Shown: in pieces, positions 10,070 through 18,747 of the stretch
How positions within the stretch are numbered: the stretch's first letter is position 1
Layout: each line of letters opens with the position of its first letter
Assembly (NCBI GenBank): GCA_035655435.1
Contig: DASRUN010000023.1
Location: 29,437 to 93,436, forward strand
Origin: an archaeon
GTDB taxonomy: Archaea > Iainarchaeota > Iainarchaeia > Iainarchaeales > Iainarchaeaceae
DNA length: 64,000 nt
Direction: 5' to 3'
The notes under the pieces: model-generated
What the model saw: the letters and a program-made list of their open reading frames with translations, nothing else
Databases searched by the model: none
Told to the model about the DNA's origin: nothing
Made by a program: the position numbers and the translations under genes

Positions 10070-10819
10070 TTATTTTTTCTTGGCGTCTTTTTTATCGTCT
10101 TTCTTTTCAGCTGCTTTTACCGGTTCTTTTCCTTTTGCACCGGCTTTTGCATCTTCTTTCTTGTCGCCTTTCTTTGCTTCAGGAGCTGCTGCTGCTTCAG
10201 GAGTTGCCGCTGCTTCCGCGGCGGCTTTTTCCTCTTCCTCTGTTCTCATGTCTCTTGTTTTTGTCGGCTTTGTTCCGATGCTTTCAACATCGTGATGAAC
10301 TTTAACCAAAATATCACAAGCCAATCTTGAGTTTGACAACAGCATTGCTTTTGTCGCTTTTTTAATGTCCTTTTCCATGATAAGTACTGAAAGTATAATT
10401 TGTCCGTCTCTTACTCTTGCGGCTCTTCCTACCGCTTTTCCAAAACAATGACTCATTCCTTTTGAAACACGATCCGCTCCGGCTCCCTGTGCTTGTTTGT
10501 TTTCGCGGAGTATATGATGCGGGTAAATTCTGACTTTGATGAAAAACTCGTCTTTGCCTACATCCTTGATTAATCTTCTGTTAACAATTAGTCTTGCGCT
10601 TTCAATTGCATTATCTCTTATTTGCATTCCTAGCGGTCCGCATTGTACGCAAAGGTCAAGAACGGTATCAAATTCTTTTAATCCGTTTCCCATGTTCCAT
10701 TGTCTTGTTTTTAATCCGGGAACTGCGCCAATATAATCGCGATTCTGCACTCTGATTGCGTGCCTTGTATATGGCCTATCTTTTGTGCTGCTATAACAGC
10801 GTCCAGGTCTCAAACCCAT
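10070..10819 (-). CDS. rpl10e: ribosomal protein L10e (uL16) with Ala/Lys/Glu-rich C-terminal extension
   Basis: MGLRPGRCY...IRV N-terminus typical of L10e; tail AAAEAAATPEAAAAPEAKKGDKK. Confidence 0.85.
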   Translation of the reverse strand: MGLRPGRCYSSTKDRPYTRHAIRVQNRDYIGAVPGLKTRQWNMGNGLKEFDTVLDLCVQCGPLGMQIRDNAIESARLIVNRRLIKDVGKDEFFIKVRIYPHHILRENKQAQGAGADRVSKGMSHCFGKAVGRAARVRDGQIILSVLIMEKDIKKATKAMLLSNSRLACDILVKVHHDVESIGTKPTKTRDMRTEEEEKAAAEAAATPEAAAAPEAKKGDKKEDAKAGAKGKEPVKAAEKKDDKKDAKKK

Positions 10820-10987
10820 GTAAAATCCCTTAAAAAGTGAAAAAACAGTTAGAAACCGGCTTTTCTTTATTATAATCTCATTTAGAATCTTTTAAAAAGC
10901 TTTGTTCCGGCGGAGACGTCCGGGCGAGACCTCTGTCTTCTCTTCGGGATGGACAGATCGTGTTTCGCTTCGGAGGGGGTTAGCCCA

Positions 10988-11647
10988 TTATTCGTGCGGA
11001 TCCTGGCCAACCGCAATTTGCGCTAATCTGTTGAAAATTCCATATAATTTCGGTCTCTCGTATTTTGCAGAGAAACTTTCCATGAATTTTCTTGCCGCTC
11101 TGTTGGAATGATAATTTATTGCCTGTTCAGGATTTTTGAATTTTTGGAACATTGGGTGTTGTGCAAAGCTTGGATCTTTTTCAAGGATGTCTTTGAACCA
11201 TTCTCTGAAATAAAATTCAATATCTCTTGATCCACGAATTTGTCCATGTTCTATTCCTTCCAACACAATCATGTAAATTCCCGAGAGTTCTCTATCCTGA
11301 TTCCCGCGGAGATTATCATCGCAGAGTTTTTTTAGTTCATTTATTTCCAATTTTATATTTTCTCTTGTTCTGATTTTAAGTTCTGTTTCCGCGTGGTTAA
11401 CTGGATTTGGAGATTTTTGTCTTACTCCCTCACTGCTTCCATAAGATCTAATTCTCTGCATTGCCTGTTGCATTCTGCTTCCGAGTCCCGGGCGATTTTG
11501 ATTTCCGGAAAATCTGTTTCTTTGTTGAAATACGTTAGCTGGAGGTCTTTGTTGTTGGTGTGTTTGCATTCTTGGTTTAGCACTTCCCGGAAAATGAAAA
11601 CCCCCAAACAATCCGGGTTTCCTGGGCATTGGTCTTCTTTGTTGCAT
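10988..11647 (-). CDS. hypothetical protein with Gln/Arg/Asn-rich N-terminal low-complexity region
   Basis: ORF only; no motif recognised. Confidence 0.4.
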   Translation of the reverse strand: MQQRRPMPRKPGLFGGFHFPGSAKPRMQTHQQQRPPANVFQQRNRFSGNQNRPGLGSRMQQAMQRIRSYGSSEGVRQKSPNPVNHAETELKIRTRENIKLEINELKKLCDDNLRGNQDRELSGIYMIVLEGIEHGQIRGSRDIEFYFREWFKDILEKDPSFAQHPMFQKFKNPEQAINYHSNRAARKFMESFSAKYERPKLYGIFNRLAQIAVGQDPHE

Positions 11648-11745
11648 GCATTAATTACGCTCTTTTTGTTTAAAACATTAGCTTTATATATGGCTTTTGC
11701 GTTCGTTATGTTGAAAATTTTTATTTTTCCGAGGTGAAAAACGCT

Positions 11746-11874
11746 ATGGGACTTGATTTGAAAAGTATAGGCAAAACATTGGAGAAGCTCGGTTTGAAGC
11801 TCGAAAAACAGGCTAAAGTGACAAAAAGCCCGTCCAAACCGGCAAGAAAGAAAGCCAAGAAAAAAAGAAAATAA
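11746..11874 (+). CDS. small basic protein (42 aa), hypothetical
   Basis: ATG..TAA ORF MGLDLKSIGKTLEKLGLKLEKQAKVTKSPSKPARKKAKKKRK followed by strong hairpin terminator. Confidence 0.3.
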   Translation: MGLDLKSIGKTLEKLGLKLEKQAKVTKSPSKPARKKAKKKRK

Positions 11875-11902
11875 ATATTTGGCATTTGCATAATTACTCT
11901 TT

Positions 11903-11937
11903 TTTAGTGCCGTTTTTCGGCACTAAAAACTATTTTT
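11903..11937. terminator. perfect inverted repeat (TTTTTAGTGCCG TTTTT CGGCACTAAAAA) followed by T-runs; likely bidirectional terminator
   Basis: 13-bp stem seen directly; lies between converging small ORF and the 911-aa gene. Confidence 0.5.
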
Positions 11938-12022
11938 ATTTTTATAATTCGGTTTTTTGGTTGTTGAAGCTCCGGTTAAACTTTTACCGGCGCGACGAAT
12001 GCATGGAAAACTTTGTGTGAGT

Positions 12023-14758
12023 TCAGTTATATTCGCTTGTTGTTATCGTGCCGGTTGCAGAAACAGTTGTCGGATCTCCAAGATGGAGTAGGATTCCGTT
12101 GATCCAATTGTTCTTATTGTATGCCGTGATGCAGCCCGGATTTGAGGATTCCCAATCAGGCGTTGACCAATCATAGCCATAATGGTATTGTGGATATGCA
12201 TTGTAACCAATTGCAACGGAGGATGAAATGCATATCTTGACAGTTTTCGACGGGGGAATGTCAAGTATTTTATAGCCGTACTCGCCCCCTGTTCCAGATG
12301 TGTCAAAAGTTTTGGAATCTCCCTGCCAGTTCATTGCACTTATGTTGGAACCAAGTGTTTGTTCATGCGAAGTGTACTCGGGTTTCTGGTCGGTTGGCGT
12401 GTAGGTACAGCTCTGTGATTCATTTTTTGTTGTGGCCGGCTTATTTGTTGTGGTTCCGCAGTTACTTGCATCAGTGCATGTGCGGGTGTCGGTTCTTGTT
12501 TGGGTTGCGCTTTCCTGGCACGATCCAAAGCTTCCCGTAATCCAGTCTCCGCAGCTCCAGTTTTCTGTGCAGGAAGGTGTGGATTCGCATGTCTGGGTTA
12601 TTGCAGGTTTGCTTGTTGTTGTGTCGCAATTAGCAGAATCTGTGCATGTTCTTGTCTGCTGCCCGTTAGAACAGCTTCCCCAGTTTCCGCAGCTCCAGCT
12701 TTCAGTGCATGCAGGCGTCGCGGTTACCAAAACTTCAAATTCTTTGCTGAGACCCGTTGCATCGGTTATGATCAAAGTCAGTGTAATTCCAATGTCGGTT
12801 TTGAGCGTGTTATTCCACGTATCTTTTGGAAGTGTTATTGTACATCCGGTGGTCAGACATGCAGGGTCCTTTGCGACAAGCTGCGCTGTTAATGCTGTGT
12901 TATCTTTTATAGTTACAGATATAGGGAAGGAGACATCTCTTTCCAGCTTGATTTTGATTGCATTATTCCTGTCAACTACCAGAGTTGCCGAGGGGTTTCC
13001 ATCGACAAACACTGTTACAGTAGCAGGGAGATTTGGTGTGCAGTTTCTTGTTTTCGCTTCGCTGGTGTTGCACGAACTCTCGGAATCGCAAGTTCTCTCT
13101 CTTGTCGCTGTCTGCATTCCTCCGCCTTTCCCGTCACCCGAGCAAAAAGCCCATTTCCATTCCCCCCACTTTGCGCATTGATTGTCGCATGTGGCATTTG
13201 CATTTTCCTGCGGTGCGATGTCATTTTCTACTCTGGGAGTTGTGTTGTTCACAGAAACGAGAATCTTAAATCCTGTTTCAACATTATTTGTATTTATCGA
13301 AATTATTGCACTGGGCGAGGGAGGTGCATTGAGTGTATCATAGCCATCTTGTCCGAACAATGGCGAAATATCAAACGGATCCGGCAATGGGCCGAATAAA
13401 TCCCCATAACGGATAGCATCATCCGCGTTGAAAGTATAAGCGCCGGCGTTCGGCGAGAACCTGTCCGGCGCGAGGTTTACAATGTCCCGCGCCCCATCAG
13501 AGATAAAAACATCAGGAACAGAAATAGGTTCCGCCTGCTGGCCGCAGTCAAGCCTCAAATCCCTTATCAATAATTCAAGGCCGTAATCATTGTACCCGGA
13601 ATATTTTTCGTTCCGCTGGTTTTCCGGTTTCTTCCTTTCATTTTCAACTTCTTCTATTTTTTCCGCGCACGCTTTTTGCACCGCATCCATATCCTCATCA
13701 TCAAGATTCATGTAATCAAAAGGGTTCTGGCGCAGCTCAAATGACACGATGCTCTCGTCCAATTCCTGTACGCATTCCACGAACACCTTGGCATAATCTT
13801 CCCGCGCACTTTTCCTCTCATCATCGTTTGTCGCGGCATCGATTTTCTTCTTTGCCTCAGCAAGCCGTATTTCGCAAATCGACTTGAAAGTGCCGGCGTA
13901 TATTTGAGCTAGCCCGTCGCTCTCATACCCGCCGCTAAAAGCATTGGCCCAATCTGCAAACTCTGAAGAATTGTCAACGAGCTCCGACAGAGCTAATTTG
14001 GTGCACTTTAGTATTTCATCCTGCATCTCCCTATACAATTCTATTTTCTTTGCATTGTCAGTTTCATTTGCTATCTTCTCCTTCAGCCTGTTTATTTTGC
14101 CCTCGCACAATTCGCGGAATGCAGTTGACGCGTTGAGGCTGATCTCATCATCATTCTCCCCAAGCATGCCTATTCGTGTTATGAAAATTGTATCATCAAC
14201 AAGGTCGCTTAACGCAGTTTGCAGGCATTTGAAATAAATTTCAGTTGCCTTCTCATAAAGCGCATCTTTCCTTTCGGGATTTTTTTCCAATCGTGCGGAA
14301 TCTAGGTAGTATTTGACAAGAGCCTTGCAGTTAGTGTAAACTGCGGTACTAAAAGTTTCGCCTGCTATTCTGCCGAAAGAATATTCGCCGCGGTTTATGG
14401 CTCCGTAAATGTCCGTTCCGGTGCGGCTATATGCCTCATTGTATTCCGCCTCGGTTATCTTTCCGTCCCTATAGAAATCATCCGTATAAGCAAGGACAAG
14501 TTGGAGGCACTTGATCATTGAATCTATCATTTCACCATTTCTTTCATCCAGTTTCATGTCCCCAGTTGGATTTTTCAGTTCCTCTTCTGTATAAGAGCCG
14601 TTCTGGTTGCGCAATGAATCCTCAATCGCCTTACACTCAATTATATGGGTTCGGTACTCGTCAACACTCATTGGCGGTACAGATGAACCATTATCCCCCT
14701 CAGCATATGCGAACTGCAAGAGGAACAATACAACTGCAAGGATTATGATGCGTTTCAT
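12023..14758 (-). CDS. large secreted/surface protein (911 aa): signal peptide, acidic helical Cys-containing repeats, Ig-like middle, three TSP1-like Trp/Cys modules
   Basis: MKRIIILAVVLFLLQFAYA signal; repeated KCLQ..L..LVD helical units; WSCGNWGSCSNGQQTRTCTDSANC-type modules x3. Confidence 0.8.
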   Translation of the reverse strand: MKRIIILAVVLFLLQFAYAEGDNGSSVPPMSVDEYRTHIIECKAIEDSLRNQNGSYTEEELKNPTGDMKLDERNGEMIDSMIKCLQLVLAYTDDFYRDGKITEAEYNEAYSRTGTDIYGAINRGEYSFGRIAGETFSTAVYTNCKALVKYYLDSARLEKNPERKDALYEKATEIYFKCLQTALSDLVDDTIFITRIGMLGENDDEISLNASTAFRELCEGKINRLKEKIANETDNAKKIELYREMQDEILKCTKLALSELVDNSSEFADWANAFSGGYESDGLAQIYAGTFKSICEIRLAEAKKKIDAATNDDERKSAREDYAKVFVECVQELDESIVSFELRQNPFDYMNLDDEDMDAVQKACAEKIEEVENERKKPENQRNEKYSGYNDYGLELLIRDLRLDCGQQAEPISVPDVFISDGARDIVNLAPDRFSPNAGAYTFNADDAIRYGDLFGPLPDPFDISPLFGQDGYDTLNAPPSPSAIISINTNNVETGFKILVSVNNTTPRVENDIAPQENANATCDNQCAKWGEWKWAFCSGDGKGGGMQTATRERTCDSESSCNTSEAKTRNCTPNLPATVTVFVDGNPSATLVVDRNNAIKIKLERDVSFPISVTIKDNTALTAQLVAKDPACLTTGCTITLPKDTWNNTLKTDIGITLTLIITDATGLSKEFEVLVTATPACTESWSCGNWGSCSNGQQTRTCTDSANCDTTTSKPAITQTCESTPSCTENWSCGDWITGSFGSCQESATQTRTDTRTCTDASNCGTTTNKPATTKNESQSCTYTPTDQKPEYTSHEQTLGSNISAMNWQGDSKTFDTSGTGGEYGYKILDIPPSKTVKICISSSVAIGYNAYPQYHYGYDWSTPDWESSNPGCITAYNKNNWINGILLHLGDPTTVSATGTITTSEYN

Positions 14759-15261
14759 TGTAGCCAGCTCACTTTTTCCTTAAACTCCGCGTTATTCATG
14801 TCGCCCTGCAAAAGTGCGAGTATATCATTTTGGTAGGCGCTGACCTCAATCATTTTGTTGTCGGAAAGAAAAATCAGCACAGTTGTTTTTACCTTGCGCG
14901 GTTCGAAATTCGCTGAAAGCCCGAAGGCCCTGTAAACGAGAGCCTCATTATTCAGGGTTGTGTCCTCTTTGAATCCAATGACAACTTCATTTGACTGAAC
15001 ATCAACAACCGCTTCTTTGAGCCCCGTCTGTCTCATCCCAATGTAAATCTTTGTGGCGCTCTCGCTTGCCATTGGATTTTCCGGTTGCCGGTTTCTTGCC
15101 GCCGGTTGATCGGGCTGAACAGTATTCTGAGCCCCTGCATACCGGTTTGCATCTCCCAGACTCTCCGAAGTTTGTTCCGGTGGTGATTGGGAGCAGCCGC
15201 TTAAAATGAGCGCAAGAACCAGTGCTATTGCAATCGCGTGCCTATCAAAAAACACAATCAT
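14755..15261 (-). CDS. putative lipoprotein (lipobox LSGC), co-transcribed with downstream surface protein
   Basis: N-terminal hydrophobic h-region ending LILSGCSQ; stop overlaps start of 12023..14758 (ATGA). Confidence 0.6.
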   Translation of the reverse strand: MIVFFDRHAIAIALVLALILSGCSQSPPEQTSESLGDANRYAGAQNTVQPDQPAARNRQPENPMASESATKIYIGMRQTGLKEAVVDVQSNEVVIGFKEDTTLNNEALVYRAFGLSANFEPRKVKTTVLIFLSDNKMIEVSAYQNDILALLQGDMNNAEFKEKVSWLQ

Positions 15262-15302
15262 GCTTAAGTGTTTCCTGATATTAATACTTTTCTTGCCGCA
15301 TT

Positions 15303-15396
15303 TTTCTGAAGAAAAGCTGAGGATGGAGACTCAACCTTTTCTTTTCTCGGAAGAAAAGAAAAGCTTGGCTAAAAGAAAAGAGCCTTGGCTCCGCAA
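15303..15396 (+). repeat. A-rich short repeats (GAAGAAAAG/AAAAGAAAAG + 7 nt) including a degenerate copy of the tRNA 3' end
   Basis: aagctgaggatggagactcaacc at 15312-15334 matches aagctgaggatgggagttgaaccc (tRNA 3' end) about 20/23; AAAAGAAAAG-N7 units. Confidence 0.5.
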
Positions 15397-15407
15397 TATT
15401 TATTTTA

Positions 15408-15554
15408 AGCTGAGGATGGGAGTTGAACCCACCTAGATCGCTCACTGCAACAGCTTAGGATTGAGGAATATCTCGCTGCAAGCGGGATACCCGTCGCTCC
15501 CAACAGCCGAAACTGTTGCTGCAGGCGATTACATAACCGCTCTGACACCTCAGC
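15408..15554 (-). tRNA. intron-containing tRNA, probably tRNA-Cys(GCA) with 76-nt intron at canonical 37/38 position (15443..15518)
   Basis: 7-bp acceptor GCTGAGG/CCTCAGC, D-loop AGCGGTTA, anticodon stem ATCGC/GCGAT, loop CTGCAG|..|A, T-arm GTGGG-TTCAACT-CCCAT; exon total 70 nt; D-stem weak. Confidence 0.55.
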
Positions 15555-15560
15555 GACCTT

Positions 15561-15640
15561 TTCTTTTTCGTGAAAAAGAAAAGCTCGACCAAAAGAAAAA
15601 GCCTAACCTTTCTGCGGAAAAAGAAAAGATACCCTGAAGG
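15561..15640 (+). repeat. A-rich short repeats GAAAAAGAAAAG+N7 (3 units) on the 5' side of the tRNA
   Basis: gaaaaagaaaagctcgacc / aaaagaaaaagcctaacc / gaaaaagaaaagataccc. Confidence 0.45.
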
Positions 15641-15717
15641 TTTTGAGCTGAATTAACGTTAAAAAGCTTGCCAAACTCGGCGTTAGCGTTAATATCCTTT
15701 ATATCCAATTTATTGTT

Positions 15718-16230
15718 ATGCCTCCAAATTTTTACGCCGTAGCCGTTGTTACAATGGACGGGAAAATCGCAAAGAATTCCGCTCATTTCAGCGATTGGTC
15801 CAGCAAAGAAGACAAAGATTTTTTGCATAAAAAAATGAATGATTCAGATGTAATTCTGGTCGGCAACAACACTTACAAAATTGCAAAAAAACCGCTTTCA
15901 AAAAGAAACTGCATTGTTTTCACATCCTCTGTTCCAAAAACAAAAAAAGCAAAGGAAAATCTTCTGTACTGCAATCCAAAAAAAATCGATTTCAAAAAAT
16001 TGATTTTGGATTTGGGTTATAAAAAAATTTGTGTTCTCGGGGGCGCAAAAACCTATGGGTATTTTTTGGAAAAAAATCTTTTGAATGAAATTTTTCTCAC
16101 AATTGAGCCCATTGTTTTCGGCTCCGGAATAAGCCTTTTTGATTTTGATGCAGGAATAAAAAAATTCAAGTTGGTTTCAGTAAAAAAGCTGAATAAGAAA
16201 GGAGCCGTTCTTCTCCATTACAAAAAGTGA
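15718..16230 (+). CDS. dihydrofolate reductase-like / RibD C-terminal domain protein
   Basis: VAVVTMDGKIA...DVILVGNNTY...VLGGAKTY pattern of DHFR-like reductase fold. Confidence 0.55.
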   Translation: MPPNFYAVAVVTMDGKIAKNSAHFSDWSSKEDKDFLHKKMNDSDVILVGNNTYKIAKKPLSKRNCIVFTSSVPKTKKAKENLLYCNPKKIDFKKLILDLGYKKICVLGGAKTYGYFLEKNLLNEIFLTIEPIVFGSGISLFDFDAGIKKFKLVSVKKLNKKGAVLLHYKK

Positions 16231-16236
16231 TTTTTC

Positions 16237-16881
16237 ATGATGAAAGCTGTTATCTTTGACATGGACGGGGTTATTGTTGATACAATGAATATGCATTGGA
16301 GTGCCTCTTCGGAAATTTTTTCAAGAGAAGGTTTGAGCGTTCCGAAAAAAGAAATGAAGAAGTTTGATACTATGCGGACCAATGACGCATTTAAACTTTT
16401 TTTCCCGGCAAAAAGTGATAAGGAAATAGATCGTCTTGTTTCGGAAAAATATTCTCTTTTGGAAAAAAAGGTTTCGGGAATTAAACCTATTCCCGGTTTT
16501 TTGGAATTTTTCTTTAAGATAAAGGGCAAGTATCCAATTGCACTTGTGTCCAGCTCCAGAACTGGATTTATTGAATTTATTCTGAATGAAATTGGGGAAA
16601 GAAATTCATTCAATGCAATTTTTGGTGCGGAAAGCGTTTCAAAAGGAAAACCGGATCCTGAGGGCTATCTCAAGGCAGCAAAATCTCTTGGTTTCAAACC
16701 TGCAGAATGCCTTGTTATAGAAGATTCCATTTTCGGCATAAAATCCGCAAAAAAAGCCGGTTGCAAATGCATTGCCGTTACAAATACATACGACAGGAAT
16801 TTTCTCTTGGATGCAGATTTGATAGTGGATTCGTTGAAAGAGCTTTCAATTAAAAAAGTCGAGGCGCTGTTCAATGCTTGA
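16237..16881 (+). CDS. HAD-superfamily hydrolase (subfamily IA, beta-phosphoglucomutase-like)
   Basis: AVIFDMDGVIVDT motif I, S/T motif II, K...EDS motif IV. Confidence 0.8.
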   Translation: MMKAVIFDMDGVIVDTMNMHWSASSEIFSREGLSVPKKEMKKFDTMRTNDAFKLFFPAKSDKEIDRLVSEKYSLLEKKVSGIKPIPGFLEFFFKIKGKYPIALVSSSRTGFIEFILNEIGERNSFNAIFGAESVSKGKPDPEGYLKAAKSLGFKPAECLVIEDSIFGIKSAKKAGCKCIAVTNTYDRNFLLDADLIVDSLKELSIKKVEALFNA

Positions 16882-17527
16882 ATCTGTTGTTTTTGATTTC
16901 GACGGTGTTCTGGTAAATTCTCCGGAATTTTATATTAAATACACAAAAAAATATTTGGCAAATCTCGGAATTCCTCTCACAAAAAAAGATGTTTCCGCAA
17001 TTGTAGGCCATCCGTATTCTTACAAGCTTGATTATCTCAACAAAACCTATTCTTTGAAAATCACAAAAAACGATTTTTTGAATGCTGTTGAACAGGAGAT
17101 GAAACTGGATATGGATAAAAAAATGAAAAACCCTCCAAATCTCCACAACCTGCTTTCCGAGCTGAAGGAAAATAAAGTTCAATTGAATGTGGCTTCAAGC
17201 AACATTGAAAAGAATGTGGTTTTTTATTTGAAAAAATTCGATGTTGACCATTATTTTTCGAATATTGTGACTCTTGATTCAGGTTTTAAGCCAAAACCGG
17301 CTCCGGATGTTTATCTTGAAACTCTTAGAAGATCGAATAAAAAAGCAATTAATTGTGTTGCTGTTGAGGACACGGAAATAGGGGTTATTTCAGCCAGAAA
17401 AGCTGGTTTGAGGGTTATAGCGGTTCCGAATAAATTGACTTCGTCCCAAAATTTTTCTGACGCCGATTTGGTGCTCAAAGATTTTCGTAATTTGAATTTA
17501 AGTGTTTTCAAGAGCGTGGTTTTGTGA
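16874..17527 (+). CDS. HAD-superfamily hydrolase (tandem paralog)
   Basis: VVFDFDGVLVNS motif I; VEDTEIG motif IV; overlaps previous HAD gene. Confidence 0.8.
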   Translation: MLESVVFDFDGVLVNSPEFYIKYTKKYLANLGIPLTKKDVSAIVGHPYSYKLDYLNKTYSLKITKNDFLNAVEQEMKLDMDKKMKNPPNLHNLLSELKENKVQLNVASSNIEKNVVFYLKKFDVDHYFSNIVTLDSGFKPKPAPDVYLETLRRSNKKAINCVAVEDTEIGVISARKAGLRVIAVPNKLTSSQNFSDADLVLKDFRNLNLSVFKSVVL

Positions 17528-18747
17528 AGGTTGGTATTTTTTCCGACACCCATTTGGGTTTTGATAAGAAAGGGGAAAGAAATAGCGAATCTTTTGATAA
17601 TCTTTCCCAGGCGATTCAGCTCTGTCTTGATGCACAAGTTGATGTTATTCTTCTCCCCGGAGATGTTTTTGATGAACCCGTTCCAAGCCATTCTTCCCTG
17701 TTCAATGCAATCAAATGTTTTTCCCTTGCAAAGAAAGGCTCTTCAAGCGTAAATCTTGTTCTTGAAAAAAACAATGAATCAAAAGCTTTGGAGTATTTCG
17801 GAATTCCGATTCTAACAATACATGGGAACCATGAGTATCGCGGGAAAGAATTCAGAACTGCGTTGGATGTTTTGGATCTCGCGGGTTCGCTTGTTTATTT
17901 TCACGCGGGAAAAATTGTTGTTGAAAAGGAAAATGAAAAAGTTTGTGTTTTTGGTTTGGGTGCGGTTCCGGAAAAGCGTGCTCTTGAGGTTTTGCAGCAT
18001 TGGAATCCTGTCGCAGAAAAAAATGCGTGCAATATTATAATCACGCACCAGGGTTTCAAGGATTTTATGGCAATTGATGATGAAATGATTGCGTCTCTTT
18101 CGCTTGAGGATCTTCCGAAAGGGTTTAATCTTATTGTAAATGGCCACCTTCACTGGAGCAATAAACAGCAGCTCGGAGAAACAATTTTTCTTCTCGCAGG
18201 TTCTACGATTTCCACTTCGATAAAAAAATTGGAATCCGAAAAACAAAAAGGAGTTCATTTTTATGATACAAAAACAAGTGTTCTTTCATTCAAACCATTT
18301 CCAATGCAGAGGAAAATGTTTTACCATAAAATAGTTTTTGATCATGCTGATGCGGAGCAGGTTCTTGCAAAATGTAATGAATTATTGAATTCTGATTTGA
18401 AGGAAAAGCATGAGCTAAAACCATTAATCAGGTTGAATCTTAAAGGCACATTGAAAACCGGTCTTTCCTCTTCCGATGTGGATTTGAATGCTTTTTGTGA
18501 AAAAGCTTCCGAGAAAGCAATTCTTTCGCTTTCAAAGAATTTTTTGAATGTTTCTTTCAAAAAAAGGATTTCTGATCTTCGCGAGGCGCAAAAATCAAGG
18601 CTTTCAGTTGCTTCAATGGGTTTTGAATTATTGGAAAAAAACCTCAAAGAAACAGATTTTGGGGATGGAATTTCCGCAAAAACTCTTTTCGATCTCCTTT
18701 CCGAGGATGAACTTGATAAAGCATTGGATGTTGTTACAAAGGGCTAA
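17524..18747 (+). CDS. mre11: Mre11/SbcD-type metallophosphoesterase (DNA double-strand break repair nuclease)
   Basis: GIFSDTHLG, LLPGDVFD, HGNHE, ITHQG motifs; GTG start. Confidence 0.7.
   Translation: MKVGIFSDTHLGFDKKGERNSESFDNLSQAIQLCLDAQVDVILLPGDVFDEPVPSHSSLFNAIKCFSLAKKGSSSVNLVLEKNNESKALEYFGIPILTIHGNHEYRGKEFRTALDVLDLAGSLVYFHAGKIVVEKENEKVCVFGLGAVPEKRALEVLQHWNPVAEKNACNIIITHQGFKDFMAIDDEMIASLSLEDLPKGFNLIVNGHLHWSNKQQLGETIFLLAGSTISTSIKKLESEKQKGVHFYDTKTSVLSFKPFPMQRKMFYHKIVFDHADAEQVLAKCNELLNSDLKEKHELKPLIRLNLKGTLKTGLSSSDVDLNAFCEKASEKAILSLSKNFLNVSFKKRISDLREAQKSRLSVASMGFELLEKNLKETDFGDGISAKTLFDLLSEDELDKALDVVTKG

Noticed and set aside
12432-13181. Long ORFs on the opposite strand of the surface-protein, Top6, MCM and aRF1 genes (e.g. 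12432..13181, 23739..24500, 25679..26449, 34433..35224, 4697..5227)
   Set aside because: They are fully embedded antisense in genes with strong homology support, and they are low-complexity Ser/Phe/Leu-rich translations typical of AT-rich antisense frames.
15303-15640. CRISPR-like array around the intron-containing tRNA
   Set aside because: Units are about 19 nt, A-rich, irregular, only three per side and interrupted by a tRNA. This is not a repeat-spacer architecture.
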